A stretch of 30,415 nucleotides of DNA from an archaeon (GCA_038046645.1 JBBSVU010000006.1:138681-169095), one strand, 5' to 3'; numbered from the stretch's first letter, positions 16,975 through 26,508 are shown. Notes: generated by a model not told the origin, from the sequence alone. A program made the numbers and translations.

Positions 16975-17019
16975 TAGCAAAAGACAATAATAATTCCAAA
17001 ATTGAAGTATTTTGCTATA
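16975..17019. mobile_element. MITE/REP-like inverted-repeat unit
   Basis: TAGCAAAAGACA-N19-AGTATTTTGCTA-TA; same family as 12969 and 13015. Confidence 0.6.
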
Positions 17020-17043
17020 AATAAAAAAGATATCTGATGTATT

Positions 17044-17604
17044 ATGAAAAGGTTTCTTCCATTCCTATTTATTTTATTAATTATGCTGGCAGGCTGTTTG
17101 CAGCAGAATCCTGAAAAGATAACAGATTCTTTTGTACTCAATCCTTATTTAACCGATGCAAAGGTTTCTGAAACAATGCAATATGTTTCAAAGGGGCAAT
17201 TTGCTGAAGGCTTATTAAAAGTAAAGGCAACATATAATTCTGCCTATTTGTTGAATAATTATTCATATTATGAGCCTGATTCAAATGAGGATTATTTCTT
17301 TGAGCCGCAAGAAGGCTATTTTTACCTTGTTGTGAATGTTACCCTAAAGAACCTTAACGAATATGGGGTAATGACAGGTGCAAACGATTTTAGCGTTGTG
17401 GACAAGGAAGGTTACAGGTTTTACCCAAAATCATTCCATTCAGATAAGGCAATTATTATGATAGATTATATTGACCCGAATAAGGAAGCTAATGGAGAGA
17501 TGTTGTTTGAAATTCCTGATTTAAAGAAAAATCTGCTTTTGCAGTATAAATTAGCCTCAGGCTATTCCTGGCAGATTAATGTAAATTCATTAAATTATAA
17601 ATAA
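17044..17604 (+). CDS. DUF4352-like lipoprotein
   Basis: Lipobox LAGC; PQEGYFYLVVNVTLKN, FSVVDKEGYRF and IDPNKEANGEMLFEIP are typical of DUF4352 Ig-like domains. Confidence 0.8.
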   Translation: MKRFLPFLFILLIMLAGCLQQNPEKITDSFVLNPYLTDAKVSETMQYVSKGQFAEGLLKVKATYNSAYLLNNYSYYEPDSNEDYFFEPQEGYFYLVVNVTLKNLNEYGVMTGANDFSVVDKEGYRFYPKSFHSDKAIIMIDYIDPNKEANGEMLFEIPDLKKNLLLQYKLASGYSWQINVNSLNYK

Positions 17605-17605
17605 T

Positions 17606-18793
17606 TTAGCCTCTTAGCAATATTTTTACAATTGCATTATTTTTCAATTCACTTGTTTCCGAAATTTTTTGTTTTGTCCTGCAGTCTATTGCTCCAAGAT
17701 ATTTTTCAATAAAATCAGTATGAATCTTTCCTGCTAGGTCCTTTGAGTTGCTACCTTCCTTTATTAGATAAGCATCAGGAAGTATGTGGCCTTTTGCAGA
17801 AATCCATTTATTCTGGTCCTGCACAGGATAAACAACAATCAATTTTAGCAATTCAAATGCAGTTTTGTTTATTGCTTCCTGCACTCCGGTTGAACCATAT
17901 TGCTTGAGGATATTCTCCTTTATGAATTCAAGGGCTTTTTTCTGCTTCTCAGGCAGTTCTTTTTTAACAATAAAATCATTGCTCCCTGGAACATATTCAA
18001 TTAATCCTTCCTTTGCAGCCTTTCTTAACGCAAGTTCAGCTTCTGCCGAACATGCCACAAAAATATGGTCAGGAAACTGCTTTTTTAACCGTTCAAAATT
18101 TTCCTTTGAACCAGGCAAATCAATTTTGTTGCAAGCAATTATCATAGGTTTGCTGAATTTCCTTATTTCTGCACAGAATTCCAACATTTCATCTTCTGAC
18201 CATTTTTCCAAAACATCGCTAAAATTCAATTTTGTCAAGACATCCTTTATATTTTTTTCAGTTATTCCTAACCCAGTTAATTGCATAGCTAAAGCTTCTG
18301 AAGATTTCTTCTCTGCATCTGCCTTCCTTACAATTTTTATCCAATTATTTGTTAATATTCCTTTTATCCAGTAATCAATTTCTTTTTCCAAAAATAAAAC
18401 ATCCTCTGCAGGGTCATGCCCTCCCTTTATTGGGTTTCCTTCTGCATCAGTTGTCCCTGATATGTCTAAAACATGTATCAATGCATGTGCCTGCATCAAA
18501 TCATTCAAAAATTGATTTCCCAATCCGCGGCCTTTCCAAGCATCTTTCACTAAACCAGCAACATCAAGCAATTGTATTGGAATTAACCTTATTCCATTTA
18601 CGCATTTGCTGTTCTGCGGCTGGCATTCTTTTCCCAAATCCGAATGTGCACATCTTGCAGTGACGTATCCAATTCCCTGATTCGGTTTTATTGTCACAAA
18701 AGGCCTGTTGCCTATTTCAACATCAATCAATGTTGAGGCAGAGAAAAATGTTGATTTTCCAGAATTAGGCTTTCCAACGATTCCGATTTGCAT
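17606..18793 (-). CDS. ychF: YchF/Ola1 OBG-family ribosome-binding NTPase (archaeal type)
   Basis: GIVGKPNSGKST, PFVTIKPN, DVAGLV, GRGLGNQFL, NKID and a C-terminal TGS domain (LAGKIHTD). Confidence 0.95.
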   Translation of the reverse strand: MQIGIVGKPNSGKSTFFSASTLIDVEIGNRPFVTIKPNQGIGYVTARCAHSDLGKECQPQNSKCVNGIRLIPIQLLDVAGLVKDAWKGRGLGNQFLNDLMQAHALIHVLDISGTTDAEGNPIKGGHDPAEDVLFLEKEIDYWIKGILTNNWIKIVRKADAEKKSSEALAMQLTGLGITEKNIKDVLTKLNFSDVLEKWSEDEMLEFCAEIRKFSKPMIIACNKIDLPGSKENFERLKKQFPDHIFVACSAEAELALRKAAKEGLIEYVPGSNDFIVKKELPEKQKKALEFIKENILKQYGSTGVQEAINKTAFELLKLIVVYPVQDQNKWISAKGHILPDAYLIKEGSNSKDLAGKIHTDFIEKYLGAIDCRTKQKISETSELKNNAIVKILLRG

Positions 18794-18794
18794 C

Positions 18795-20003
18795 CTATGC
18801 CCCTCTTTTCAATGACTGTTTTATCCTTTGGATTCTCCTCAGTTTTGCCTTCTCAGGCAGCCCAGTTAAGCTAGCATCCTTGGCAATCTCAAAAGGCCTC
18901 TTTCCCTCAGCCAATAATTGGCTAATCCGTGAATTTTGTGCATCTATCTGCTGTCTTGTAAACTGGCTTCTTACTGGGTTTCTTTCAACAACAATGCTGC
19001 CTTTTTTTCTCATGTAAGATATCCTTGCATCAATTTGATCAGTGGTTAAATCATGCCCTAATTGTTTTTTTATTTCGGCAGCAATATCCGGAGATCTTCT
19101 TTTTTGCAAAGCCATTTGGGATATTATGGCATTTTGTTTAGCTGTTTTATCCCTTGTAAATTTGCTGCCGCCTGTTGCAAATTTAGTTTTTTGCTGGCCG
19201 AAAATTTTAGATACCCTATTTTCATAATCGTGAATATTCATCTTTGGCAAAGCAGGATCTATGCCTTGCATAGCCGCATTTACTGCTGCTACAACATCAG
19301 CAGGCCTTCTCTTTTTTTTATGTAATTTTGTTATCATTTCATCCTGCATTCTTTCTATTCCAATATTCCATTTATGCCCTGCAATTATCCGCATGTCTAA
19401 TATTTTTTGGGGCAGTCTTTGCAAATCCTTAGTTGTTGTTGCTTGACTTATCCCAAGAACCCTTTGCATTGCTTCGTTTGAAACTTTAGGGTTTGCCTTT
19501 ATTATATCAGTAATCCTTAGTACTCTTGCCACTATTGCAGGATCATCTCTTGCTGGCACAACCATATCTCTTTCTTTATATTTTCTTATTGCTTCTAAAT
19601 CTGAAGCAAGTAACTCTCTCCTAGGTTCTCCGCCATAATACATATCTAAAATTTCTTTAGGCGTTCTTCCTGCAGTTAATTCTCTATCAACTATAACCCT
19701 TCTTCTTATTGCTTCAGCATCTTTTGCCCCAAATTTCCTTGCCCTTTCTTCTGGCGGAATATGCAAGCCTCTACGTTCCAAATCAGCCAATACTTTATTT
19801 GCTGCAGCAAAAGGTATTTTTAGATATCTTCTATGGACTGCGGCAGCAGTTACTGATCCTTCCCTTTTTATCATTCCTAAAATAGTTTTTTCATACCTTC
19901 TCAATATGGCAATTTCTCTTTGCCTTTTATTACCATAAGCACGTTTCCAAGGTGAAATGCTTCTTTTCATTTTCCTTATTCCAGGTAATCGCTTTTTCAG
20001 CAT
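18795..20003 (-). CDS. Hypothetical highly basic protein with several HTH-like repeats
   Basis: 402 aa, Arg/Lys-rich, with internal repeats such as QNAIISQMALQKRRSPDIA and QNSRISQLLAEGKRPFEIA. Confidence 0.75.
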   Translation of the reverse strand: MLKKRLPGIRKMKRSISPWKRAYGNKRQREIAILRRYEKTILGMIKREGSVTAAAVHRRYLKIPFAAANKVLADLERRGLHIPPEERARKFGAKDAEAIRRRVIVDRELTAGRTPKEILDMYYGGEPRRELLASDLEAIRKYKERDMVVPARDDPAIVARVLRITDIIKANPKVSNEAMQRVLGISQATTTKDLQRLPQKILDMRIIAGHKWNIGIERMQDEMITKLHKKKRRPADVVAAVNAAMQGIDPALPKMNIHDYENRVSKIFGQQKTKFATGGSKFTRDKTAKQNAIISQMALQKRRSPDIAAEIKKQLGHDLTTDQIDARISYMRKKGSIVVERNPVRSQFTRQQIDAQNSRISQLLAEGKRPFEIAKDASLTGLPEKAKLRRIQRIKQSLKRGA

Positions 20004-20085
20004 ATATTAATCCTTAACCAAAAGCAATTTAACTGATTCTTTTATTGCCCAAACTAATAAAACCCTTTTCAATTACTTATACTAT

Positions 20086-21540
20086 ATGCTTTTTGCTGAA
20101 AAATATTTCCCCAAAACATGGGATGAATTTGTCGGAAACCCTACTGTGCTTGGGCAGGTACAGAAATGGGCAAATGATTGGTCGCAAGGAAAATCGCAAA
20201 AGCCTTTGTTTTTTTATGGTTCATGCGGAACAGGCAAAACTGCACTCGCTATTTTAACCTCAAAAATGATGGGTTGGCAGTTCTTTGAATTAAATGCCTC
20301 TGACTTCAGGACAAAGGAAACAATAAACAAATATGCAGGTACAGCTTCCACAACATCAAGTTTTTTTGGGACTTTAAGATTAATACTTTTGGATGAAATA
20401 GATGGCATATCCAGCAAGGATAGGGGCGGAATAACTGCAATAATTGACATACTGAAAAATTCCCGAAATCCAATTATCCTTACTGCAAATGATTTATATG
20501 CACAAAATATTTCAGGCATCAGGAATTACTGTGAAAATCTGCAGTTTAAAAAAATCAATTACCTTTCAATTGAAAAAAAGATGAAGGAAATCTGCCTTGC
20601 AGAGAAAATTCCTTATGAAGAAGAAGCATTGAAAAAGTTAGCACAATCTAGTGAGGGCGATTTAAGGGCAGCCTTGCTTGATTTACAGACACTTTCCCTA
20701 TTTGGCAGCATTTCCCTGAAAAATGTTTTAGAGCTTTCAGAACGTTTAAAGTTAGATGATGTTTTCAAAACATTGAATTCAATATTTAATTCAAAAGACC
20801 TTGGAGAAATAAAAAAAATAATGGCAGAGTCTAAGGAAGATTCAGGGCTTTTGTTGAATTGGATTGCAGAGAATATTCCCAGAGCATTAAAACCAGAAGA
20901 AGCAGCTTTAGCTTTTGACCGTTTTTCAAAAGGCGATGTTTTGGAAGGCAGAATTCTGCACAGCCAATATTACGGTTTCAGGAGATATTCTATTGATTTG
21001 ATGTCAAGCGCAGCTCTAGCCAAGGAAGAGCATAAACCTTCTTGGATTAATTACCAGTTCCCCTCATTTCTGAGGCAGATGAGCTCAAGCATTTCAAGCC
21101 GTGCTTTGAATAAAGCAGTATGCAAAAAAATAGGCTCAAAGATCCATTCCTCAATAAGGGCAGTTCAGCAGAACGAATTGCCAATCATAAAACAACAATT
21201 CAAAAATGCAGAAACAGCAGCAAACATTTCCTGCTTGTTTGATTTTGATGAGGATGAGATAGCCTTTTTATGTGAAGCAAAATCCGATTCAAAAAAGGTG
21301 CAGAATATTCTTGAAAAATCCAAGGAATTAAAAGAAATGAACATAAAAGAAAAATATGCCTCAGCAAAAGGGCATGTTGCTTTAATCTCGCACACTCAAA
21401 AAGGTTCACATAAGTTATATGGTAAAACAGAGCTAAAGAAATCAAAAATTCCCGAAACTGAACACAAGCAAAAAACAGAAAAGCATGCTGAAATGGAAAA
21501 ACCCGCTGCGCATGAAAATCAAACAAGGCTTTTTAGATAA
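20086..21540 (+). CDS. rfcL: Replication factor C large subunit
   Basis: EKYFPK, GSCGTGKT, FELNASDFR, ILLDEIDG, PIILTAND, GDLRAALLDLQ, WIAENIP and C-terminal PIP box QTRLF. Confidence 0.95.
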   Translation: MLFAEKYFPKTWDEFVGNPTVLGQVQKWANDWSQGKSQKPLFFYGSCGTGKTALAILTSKMMGWQFFELNASDFRTKETINKYAGTASTTSSFFGTLRLILLDEIDGISSKDRGGITAIIDILKNSRNPIILTANDLYAQNISGIRNYCENLQFKKINYLSIEKKMKEICLAEKIPYEEEALKKLAQSSEGDLRAALLDLQTLSLFGSISLKNVLELSERLKLDDVFKTLNSIFNSKDLGEIKKIMAESKEDSGLLLNWIAENIPRALKPEEAALAFDRFSKGDVLEGRILHSQYYGFRRYSIDLMSSAALAKEEHKPSWINYQFPSFLRQMSSSISSRALNKAVCKKIGSKIHSSIRAVQQNELPIIKQQFKNAETAANISCLFDFDEDEIAFLCEAKSDSKKVQNILEKSKELKEMNIKEKYASAKGHVALISHTQKGSHKLYGKTELKKSKIPETEHKQKTEKHAEMEKPAAHENQTRLFR

Positions 21541-21575
21541 TATAGCAAATGATAACATTTGTCCAAATTGCTATA
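21541..21575. mobile_element. Internally deleted copy of the MITE-like unit
   Basis: TATAGCAAATGATAACATTTGTCCAAATTGCTATA, directly after the rfcL stop and between convergent genes. Confidence 0.55.
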
Positions 21576-21584
21576 GCTAACGTT

Positions 21585-23252
21585 TCAGTAATTAGAATTT
21601 TTGTTTGAAGCCAATTCTATTTCTAAAATAGCAATCTCCTGCCCCAACCCAAAGTTCTTTGCAATCTTCTGGTTTAATTCGCCAATGATGCCTTTTCTCC
21701 CATCTTCAAAAGCAAGTGCAGCAACCATCCCTTTCTTGAAAGTATTGTGCTCAACCTTTTTCACAGAATATTTCCAGCCCATATGTTCTGCAATTGCATC
21801 TAAGTATCTTTTCAATTCATTGAATTCAGCATTTTTGCCGCACAGCACTATTGTCAAGCACAGCATTTCTTTTACCTTGGTTTCTAAAGATTCATCAATG
21901 CTTAAGGCTTTTCCGATTTCAAACACATTTTGCGGGTATTCAGTATTTTTATTCTTCCCCAAAAAATCCAAAATTTCAGGTATTAAGCTTTTCCTGAAAA
22001 CTGCCCATTCGCTTGACATTGGATTAGCTATTTCCACAAGCTTTTCTTTTTCCAATCCAACCTTATTCACTTGTTTTTCCAGAGAGGTTAATGTAAATGT
22101 CAAAATTTCCTGCAACCCTAACCCAACACAAAGTTCTGCAATATCCTCTACTAAAATTGTATCTTCCCTTAATGCGCCAAATGTATGCATTCTTATAGGG
22201 TCTAATTCTAATTCATTATAGCCTAAAGACATTATTACATCTTCAATTATGTCCATTTCATGCAAAATATCCTGCCTGTATGAAGCATATTCAACATAAG
22301 CTGTATTTCCCTTTACTTTTACATTATACCTTGACCGTTCAAGCAGTTTTTTTATTTCAGCATTGCTTATTTTTAGCCCAACAATTTTCCTTATTGTATC
22401 AAGGTTAACCTTTGCCTTTTTTGCAGCATAATTTGGTGTTGAATACTTTTCCTTCCCATCAATTATATTTACCTGCTCAACAATGCAGCCTCTTTCAAGG
22501 AATGCTGCAGTCATTATATTCAATGCAGTATTGACATATTTTTTCTGAAAACCAGTAGATTCAATAAAAATATTTTTTGTATCCTGAGTTACTTTTCCTG
22601 TGTACTCAGAATTAATTATTGGCGGCATTGAGCAAACATTATTTGCAGAGTCAATTACTATTGGGTAGTATTCATAGCCTTTAATCAAATGGCCATATTC
22701 CTTTCCTTTCTGGTGCAATTCCAAGATATCATCCAAAAATAGTTCCCTGTCAAATTCTAACGGCTGATATTTTAACTCTCGGGGTTTAAAGCCGACATAA
22801 TAAATAGGTTCTTTTATCTTGTCAAAATCATATAGCCCTAAGCCAACTTCCTTCCTTTTCTTCCCATAGCTTATGCCTACTTTTTCCTGCAATTGGATTA
22901 ATTGCTCCAAGAATTCATCTGTTATCCTGACATTCCTTATTACTGCTCCAACAATATAAGGCCTTGTTCCCTTTACACTTTCCTTTACTATGACCCTTGT
23001 TTTGCCCTTTTGCGCTTTTAATTTTGGCAATCCTTTTTCCATGCCTATCCTTGCACGCAATTCCCTTGCTATGCCTTCTACACTCCATAAGTCAGGCCTG
23101 TTAGTATCTTTAATATCCAACTTTAATTTGTCACAATCACTTGCATCTATCTCTCCCTTAACAAATAGCAATGTTTTTTCCAGCTCTTCACCTGTGAATT
23201 TTTTCCCAACAAGATTTTCAAGGTCTTTTTTGCTTACATCAATTGTTACCAT
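21585..23252 (-). CDS. pheT: Phenylalanyl-tRNA synthetase beta subunit (archaeal type)
   Basis: DTNRPDLWSVEGIARE, LIQLQEK, SMPPIINS, YRQDILHEMDIIEDV and IANPMS. Confidence 0.96.
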   Translation of the reverse strand: MVTIDVSKKDLENLVGKKFTGEELEKTLLFVKGEIDASDCDKLKLDIKDTNRPDLWSVEGIARELRARIGMEKGLPKLKAQKGKTRVIVKESVKGTRPYIVGAVIRNVRITDEFLEQLIQLQEKVGISYGKKRKEVGLGLYDFDKIKEPIYYVGFKPRELKYQPLEFDRELFLDDILELHQKGKEYGHLIKGYEYYPIVIDSANNVCSMPPIINSEYTGKVTQDTKNIFIESTGFQKKYVNTALNIMTAAFLERGCIVEQVNIIDGKEKYSTPNYAAKKAKVNLDTIRKIVGLKISNAEIKKLLERSRYNVKVKGNTAYVEYASYRQDILHEMDIIEDVIMSLGYNELELDPIRMHTFGALREDTILVEDIAELCVGLGLQEILTFTLTSLEKQVNKVGLEKEKLVEIANPMSSEWAVFRKSLIPEILDFLGKNKNTEYPQNVFEIGKALSIDESLETKVKEMLCLTIVLCGKNAEFNELKRYLDAIAEHMGWKYSVKKVEHNTFKKGMVAALAFEDGRKGIIGELNQKIAKNFGLGQEIAILEIELASNKNSNY

Positions 23253-23261
23253 AATTATTCA

Positions 23262-24716
23262 CTACATCCTTAATAATTTTGAATTTCTCAGCCAGTTTAA
23301 ATCATCTGAAAATAAATGCCGGATATCCTTAATCTGCATCTTAAATGCAGCTAACCTGTCAATCCCCATGCCCCAGCCAAGCACAGGCTTTTCAATGCCC
23401 AGTGTTTTTGTAAATTCTGGCCTGAATATGCCTCCTCCTGCAAATTCAATCCAGCCTAACTGCGGATGTTTTGCAGACAGCTGTACCGAAGGTTCGGTAA
23501 ACGGATAATAATCCGGCAAAAATTTTACCTCTTCAGCACCCGCAACCTTTACTGCTAATTCTTTTAAAATGTAAAGAAGATTCCTAAAATTTAAATCATC
23601 ACCAACAATAAAGCCATCCAGTTGATTAAATTCTACGAGATGTGTTGCATCTAAAACATCCGGCCTATAGCATCTGTTGATTACAAAATATTTTGCCTGT
23701 TTCTCCACTCCCTTAATCATCTGGATAGCATCTGCACTTGTTCCGTGTGCTGTAGGCATTAATTTTGCTGCAATATCTTCGCTCCATTCATATTCCCAGC
23801 CTGTTGATCCTGTGTTTCCACCATGTTCGTGTGCATGCTTTACCTTTTCAACAATTTCTCTGCTAGGCAAATTCCCTTTTGAAGGATTTTTTAAAGTATA
23901 AGTATCAGTCCATGTCCTTGCAGAATGATTCTGCGGCTGGAATAAAACATCAAAGTTGTAAAATTCCTGCGTAATCAGGCGCTCAGGCATTTCTTTAAAA
24001 CCTAAATTGCACAAATGGTGCTTTAATTTATTTATGAAGCGTGCATACGGATGCCTTTTCCCGATAAAAATAGGCTTTACCTTTGTTTCAAGCACAAATG
24101 CCCTTTCTTTTACCTGAGAAGATAATTCGCTTACTTTTATTCCATCAGCATTTATTTTTACTGATATTTCCGTTTCAAAATCTTTTTTTACTAGGCCACG
24201 TTTTATTAACTCAAGCAGTTCATCTTCATTTGCTTGATTGTTTTTTACTTTTTCAATTAGTTTTTCAGTGTACAAGCCATTTTGTAAAGCATCCTTTCCC
24301 ACTTCATTAAGTTCAACATTTCCAGAAATAATTCCAATATAACATAATTTTTTATTTGTCCCTAATGCAGCATTAAATTCTTCCCTGCTTAATCCTGCCT
24401 TTTTTCCGATTTCATTCAAAGAAGCTTTTCCATTTAATTCTTCAAGTGCTGAAAGGAATTTTTTTTCAGGCAAATCACCTGCCTTATCGGTTACAACAAA
24501 TTTCTCAGTAATTTTTTCTTCAACATCAATTAGTTTTTTCTCCTGCAGCCAATTTATTGCTCTTCTTACTGAATCAATGTTTAATTTTCCAAATCTCGCG
24601 ATCTCAGTTATGCCAAGGCTTTTTTCATTTACTATTGCCTTTAACACCGACTTTTCTATTTCACTTAGTTCAGAGGCAATTTCCTTCAAATTGGGTTCCA
24701 TGCTATCGTATAACAA
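23262..24716 (-). CDS. pheS: Phenylalanyl-tRNA synthetase alpha subunit (archaeal type with N-terminal wHTH)
   Basis: GKRHP, FYNFDVLFQPQNHSAR, YRPDVLDATHLVEFNQLDG, YYPFTEPS and WGMGIDRLA. True start may be the second Met. Confidence 0.96.
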   Translation of the reverse strand: MLYDSMEPNLKEIASELSEIEKSVLKAIVNEKSLGITEIARFGKLNIDSVRRAINWLQEKKLIDVEEKITEKFVVTDKAGDLPEKKFLSALEELNGKASLNEIGKKAGLSREEFNAALGTNKKLCYIGIISGNVELNEVGKDALQNGLYTEKLIEKVKNNQANEDELLELIKRGLVKKDFETEISVKINADGIKVSELSSQVKERAFVLETKVKPIFIGKRHPYARFINKLKHHLCNLGFKEMPERLITQEFYNFDVLFQPQNHSARTWTDTYTLKNPSKGNLPSREIVEKVKHAHEHGGNTGSTGWEYEWSEDIAAKLMPTAHGTSADAIQMIKGVEKQAKYFVINRCYRPDVLDATHLVEFNQLDGFIVGDDLNFRNLLYILKELAVKVAGAEEVKFLPDYYPFTEPSVQLSAKHPQLGWIEFAGGGIFRPEFTKTLGIEKPVLGWGMGIDRLAAFKMQIKDIRHLFSDDLNWLRNSKLLRM

Positions 24717-24782
24717 AATATTGGAATGATTTATATCATTATGTTTTTATTATATATCTAGCTGTTTTGCATAGGTAATGTA

Positions 24783-25280
24783 ATGAAATTCCTGCTAGAT
24801 GCTTCAGCTTTATTGAATGATCCTAATTTTAGGTTTGAAGAAAGCAATTCATACATTACTACGACAGAGATAATGGATGAATGGAAAACCTTTGAAGCAA
24901 AATTCCTTGCGGAAAATGCCCTGCACAAGAATTTGTTGAGAATTGAAGAGCCAGAATTAAAATTTCGGGAGCAGATCGCTATCTTAGTGCGGCAACATGG
25001 TTTTAACAAGCTTTCAAAGCCTGACCTTTCACTGCTTGCTTTATCTTTGCAATATCAATCAAAAAAAGAGGATTTTTCTGTAATAACTGATGATTTTTCA
25101 ATCCAAAATTTCCTTAAAATATTAAAAATCCCATTCTCGCAGGCAATCCAGGGCAAGATTGATAAGGTTTTAAGCTTCAAAAATATCTGCCCTGGCTGTT
25201 CCCGCACTTTTTATGACCCAAGCCTTAAAACCTGCGATTTCTGCGGTTCTAAGCTGAAAAAGCAGGCTATTTTTAAATGA
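24783..25280 (+). CDS. nob1: Nob1-like PIN endonuclease with zinc ribbon
   Basis: LLDASALL, LSKPDLSLLAL, ITDDFSIQN and CPGC...CDFCG. Confidence 0.9.
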   Translation: MKFLLDASALLNDPNFRFEESNSYITTTEIMDEWKTFEAKFLAENALHKNLLRIEEPELKFREQIAILVRQHGFNKLSKPDLSLLALSLQYQSKKEDFSVITDDFSIQNFLKILKIPFSQAIQGKIDKVLSFKNICPGCSRTFYDPSLKTCDFCGSKLKKQAIFK

Positions 25281-25371
25281 TTTACTGATTTCAGTTAACA
25301 AGTTAAGTTTAAATAGCCAGCCAAATAGTAATATATTATATAATAAAACTGAATCCAAAGGCTGATATGTA

Positions 25372-25740
25372 ATGTTTCTTGAATTTGCATACAATATGCT
25401 TAACCTAAATTTTGTCTGGATTTTTGATGTAATCATGAATAATTTGCATTACCTCTTTGGTTTTGCTTTGCTGATGTATTATTTCACAGATGGCAAGAAT
25501 GCCTTTCGCGGTTTTGTAATCCTTGTTTTTGAAATATGGGCTGTTTTAGGCTGGATAGATGTTTTTGGCTGGGTTGGATTAGTCGGGGGATTTTTGGCAA
25601 TAAATTATATTGTAAAAGTAGCATTACTGACCTTCATACTGGATGATCCAAAATTAGCGCCAAAGCTTTTTTGGGTTAATGAAATAGCAGCGTTCACTGT
25701 ATGGGCCTTGTATAATTTCTATGCGATGGGGTATATATGA
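25372..25740 (+). CDS. Small ~4-TM membrane protein, paralog 1
   Basis: 122 aa, hydrophobic; shares NLHYLF and GGFL with the next gene. Confidence 0.8.
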   Translation: MFLEFAYNMLNLNFVWIFDVIMNNLHYLFGFALLMYYFTDGKNAFRGFVILVFEIWAVLGWIDVFGWVGLVGGFLAINYIVKVALLTFILDDPKLAPKLFWVNEIAAFTVWALYNFYAMGYI

Positions 25741-26090
25741 TAGTGGATGTTTTTTACCATCTCTTAATATTTGACTTGGGTTGGGTAGCTATGCTTATCC
25801 TGACTAACCTGCATTACCTGTTTGCATTTGCTGCAATTGCCTTCTTTAATGCAAGGGACAAATTGATGTTTTTTCTTATGTTAACAGTCTATATGTGGGG
25901 CACTGCAGGATTTAATGGGGTAACCGGCTTGATTGTCCTGACCGGAGGATTTTTAAGTTTGCATTATGTTGTAAGGGCTGTTTTAATGATTTTAGTAGAG
26001 GATGTCAAATCACTGCAGCCTAAACTGGTGCCAATATTAATACTGGAATTTTTTGCTTTAGTTATAATTTATAATTTATTTTTAATCTGA
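25737..26090 (+). CDS. Small ~4-TM membrane protein, paralog 2
   Basis: 117 aa; ATGA overlap with paralog 1; NLHYLF, GGFL and LxPKL. Confidence 0.8.
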   Translation: MIVDVFYHLLIFDLGWVAMLILTNLHYLFAFAAIAFFNARDKLMFFLMLTVYMWGTAGFNGVTGLIVLTGGFLSLHYVVRAVLMILVEDVKSLQPKLVPILILEFFALVIIYNLFLI

Positions 26091-26110
26091 AAATTAAAAT
26101 ATGTGGTAAA

Positions 26111-26275
26111 ATGCTCGGAAAAGTAATATTGGCAATTTTCATAGTATACTTTATGCTAATTACTCTAACTATATTTGGCGTTGATATATTTTCAGAAAAT
26201 ATTTTTTCTATCCCCGGGATTATTTTTATGGTTATTTATATTCCGGCAATATTAAAGATGGTGGATTCCACTTGA
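26111..26275 (+). CDS. 54-aa two-TM protein; absent from the ORF track
   Basis: MLGKVILAIFIVYFMLITLTIFGVDIFSENIFSIPGIIFMVIYIPAILKMVDST*; GTGGT upstream. Confidence 0.65.
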   Translation: MLGKVILAIFIVYFMLITLTIFGVDIFSENIFSIPGIIFMVIYIPAILKMVDST

Positions 26276-26331
26276 GGAATAAGGATTGTTATGGTTATGG
26301 TGAATAATAATTTTTGTGGGAAGGTGGCTGT

Positions 26332-26508
26332 ATGGGCGCAATAAGCTTTGTAATAAATACAATCAGCCTGACAATAATATTTTACATAATACTAGGGGTT
26401 TTTTTAGGTGTAAACACGCCTCTTTTTTCAGGCCCTATCTTTACTGTTGTTGGCTTTGTAATAATGTTCATATTCTTCTTTTGGGAATGGGCTTTTTTGA
26501 AATTGTAA
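26332..26508 (+). CDS. 58-aa two-TM protein
   Basis: MGAISFVINT...WEWAFLKL*; SD-like AAGGTGG before ATG 26332. Confidence 0.65.
   Translation: MGAISFVINTISLTIIFYIILGVFLGVNTPLFSGPIFTVVGFVIMFIFFFWEWAFLKL

Noticed and set aside
25284..25306. Tiny double palindrome ACTGATTTCAGT/TAACAAGTTA after nob1
   Set aside because: Stems of only 4-5 bp in AT-rich DNA, without the bulged CA...TG frame.
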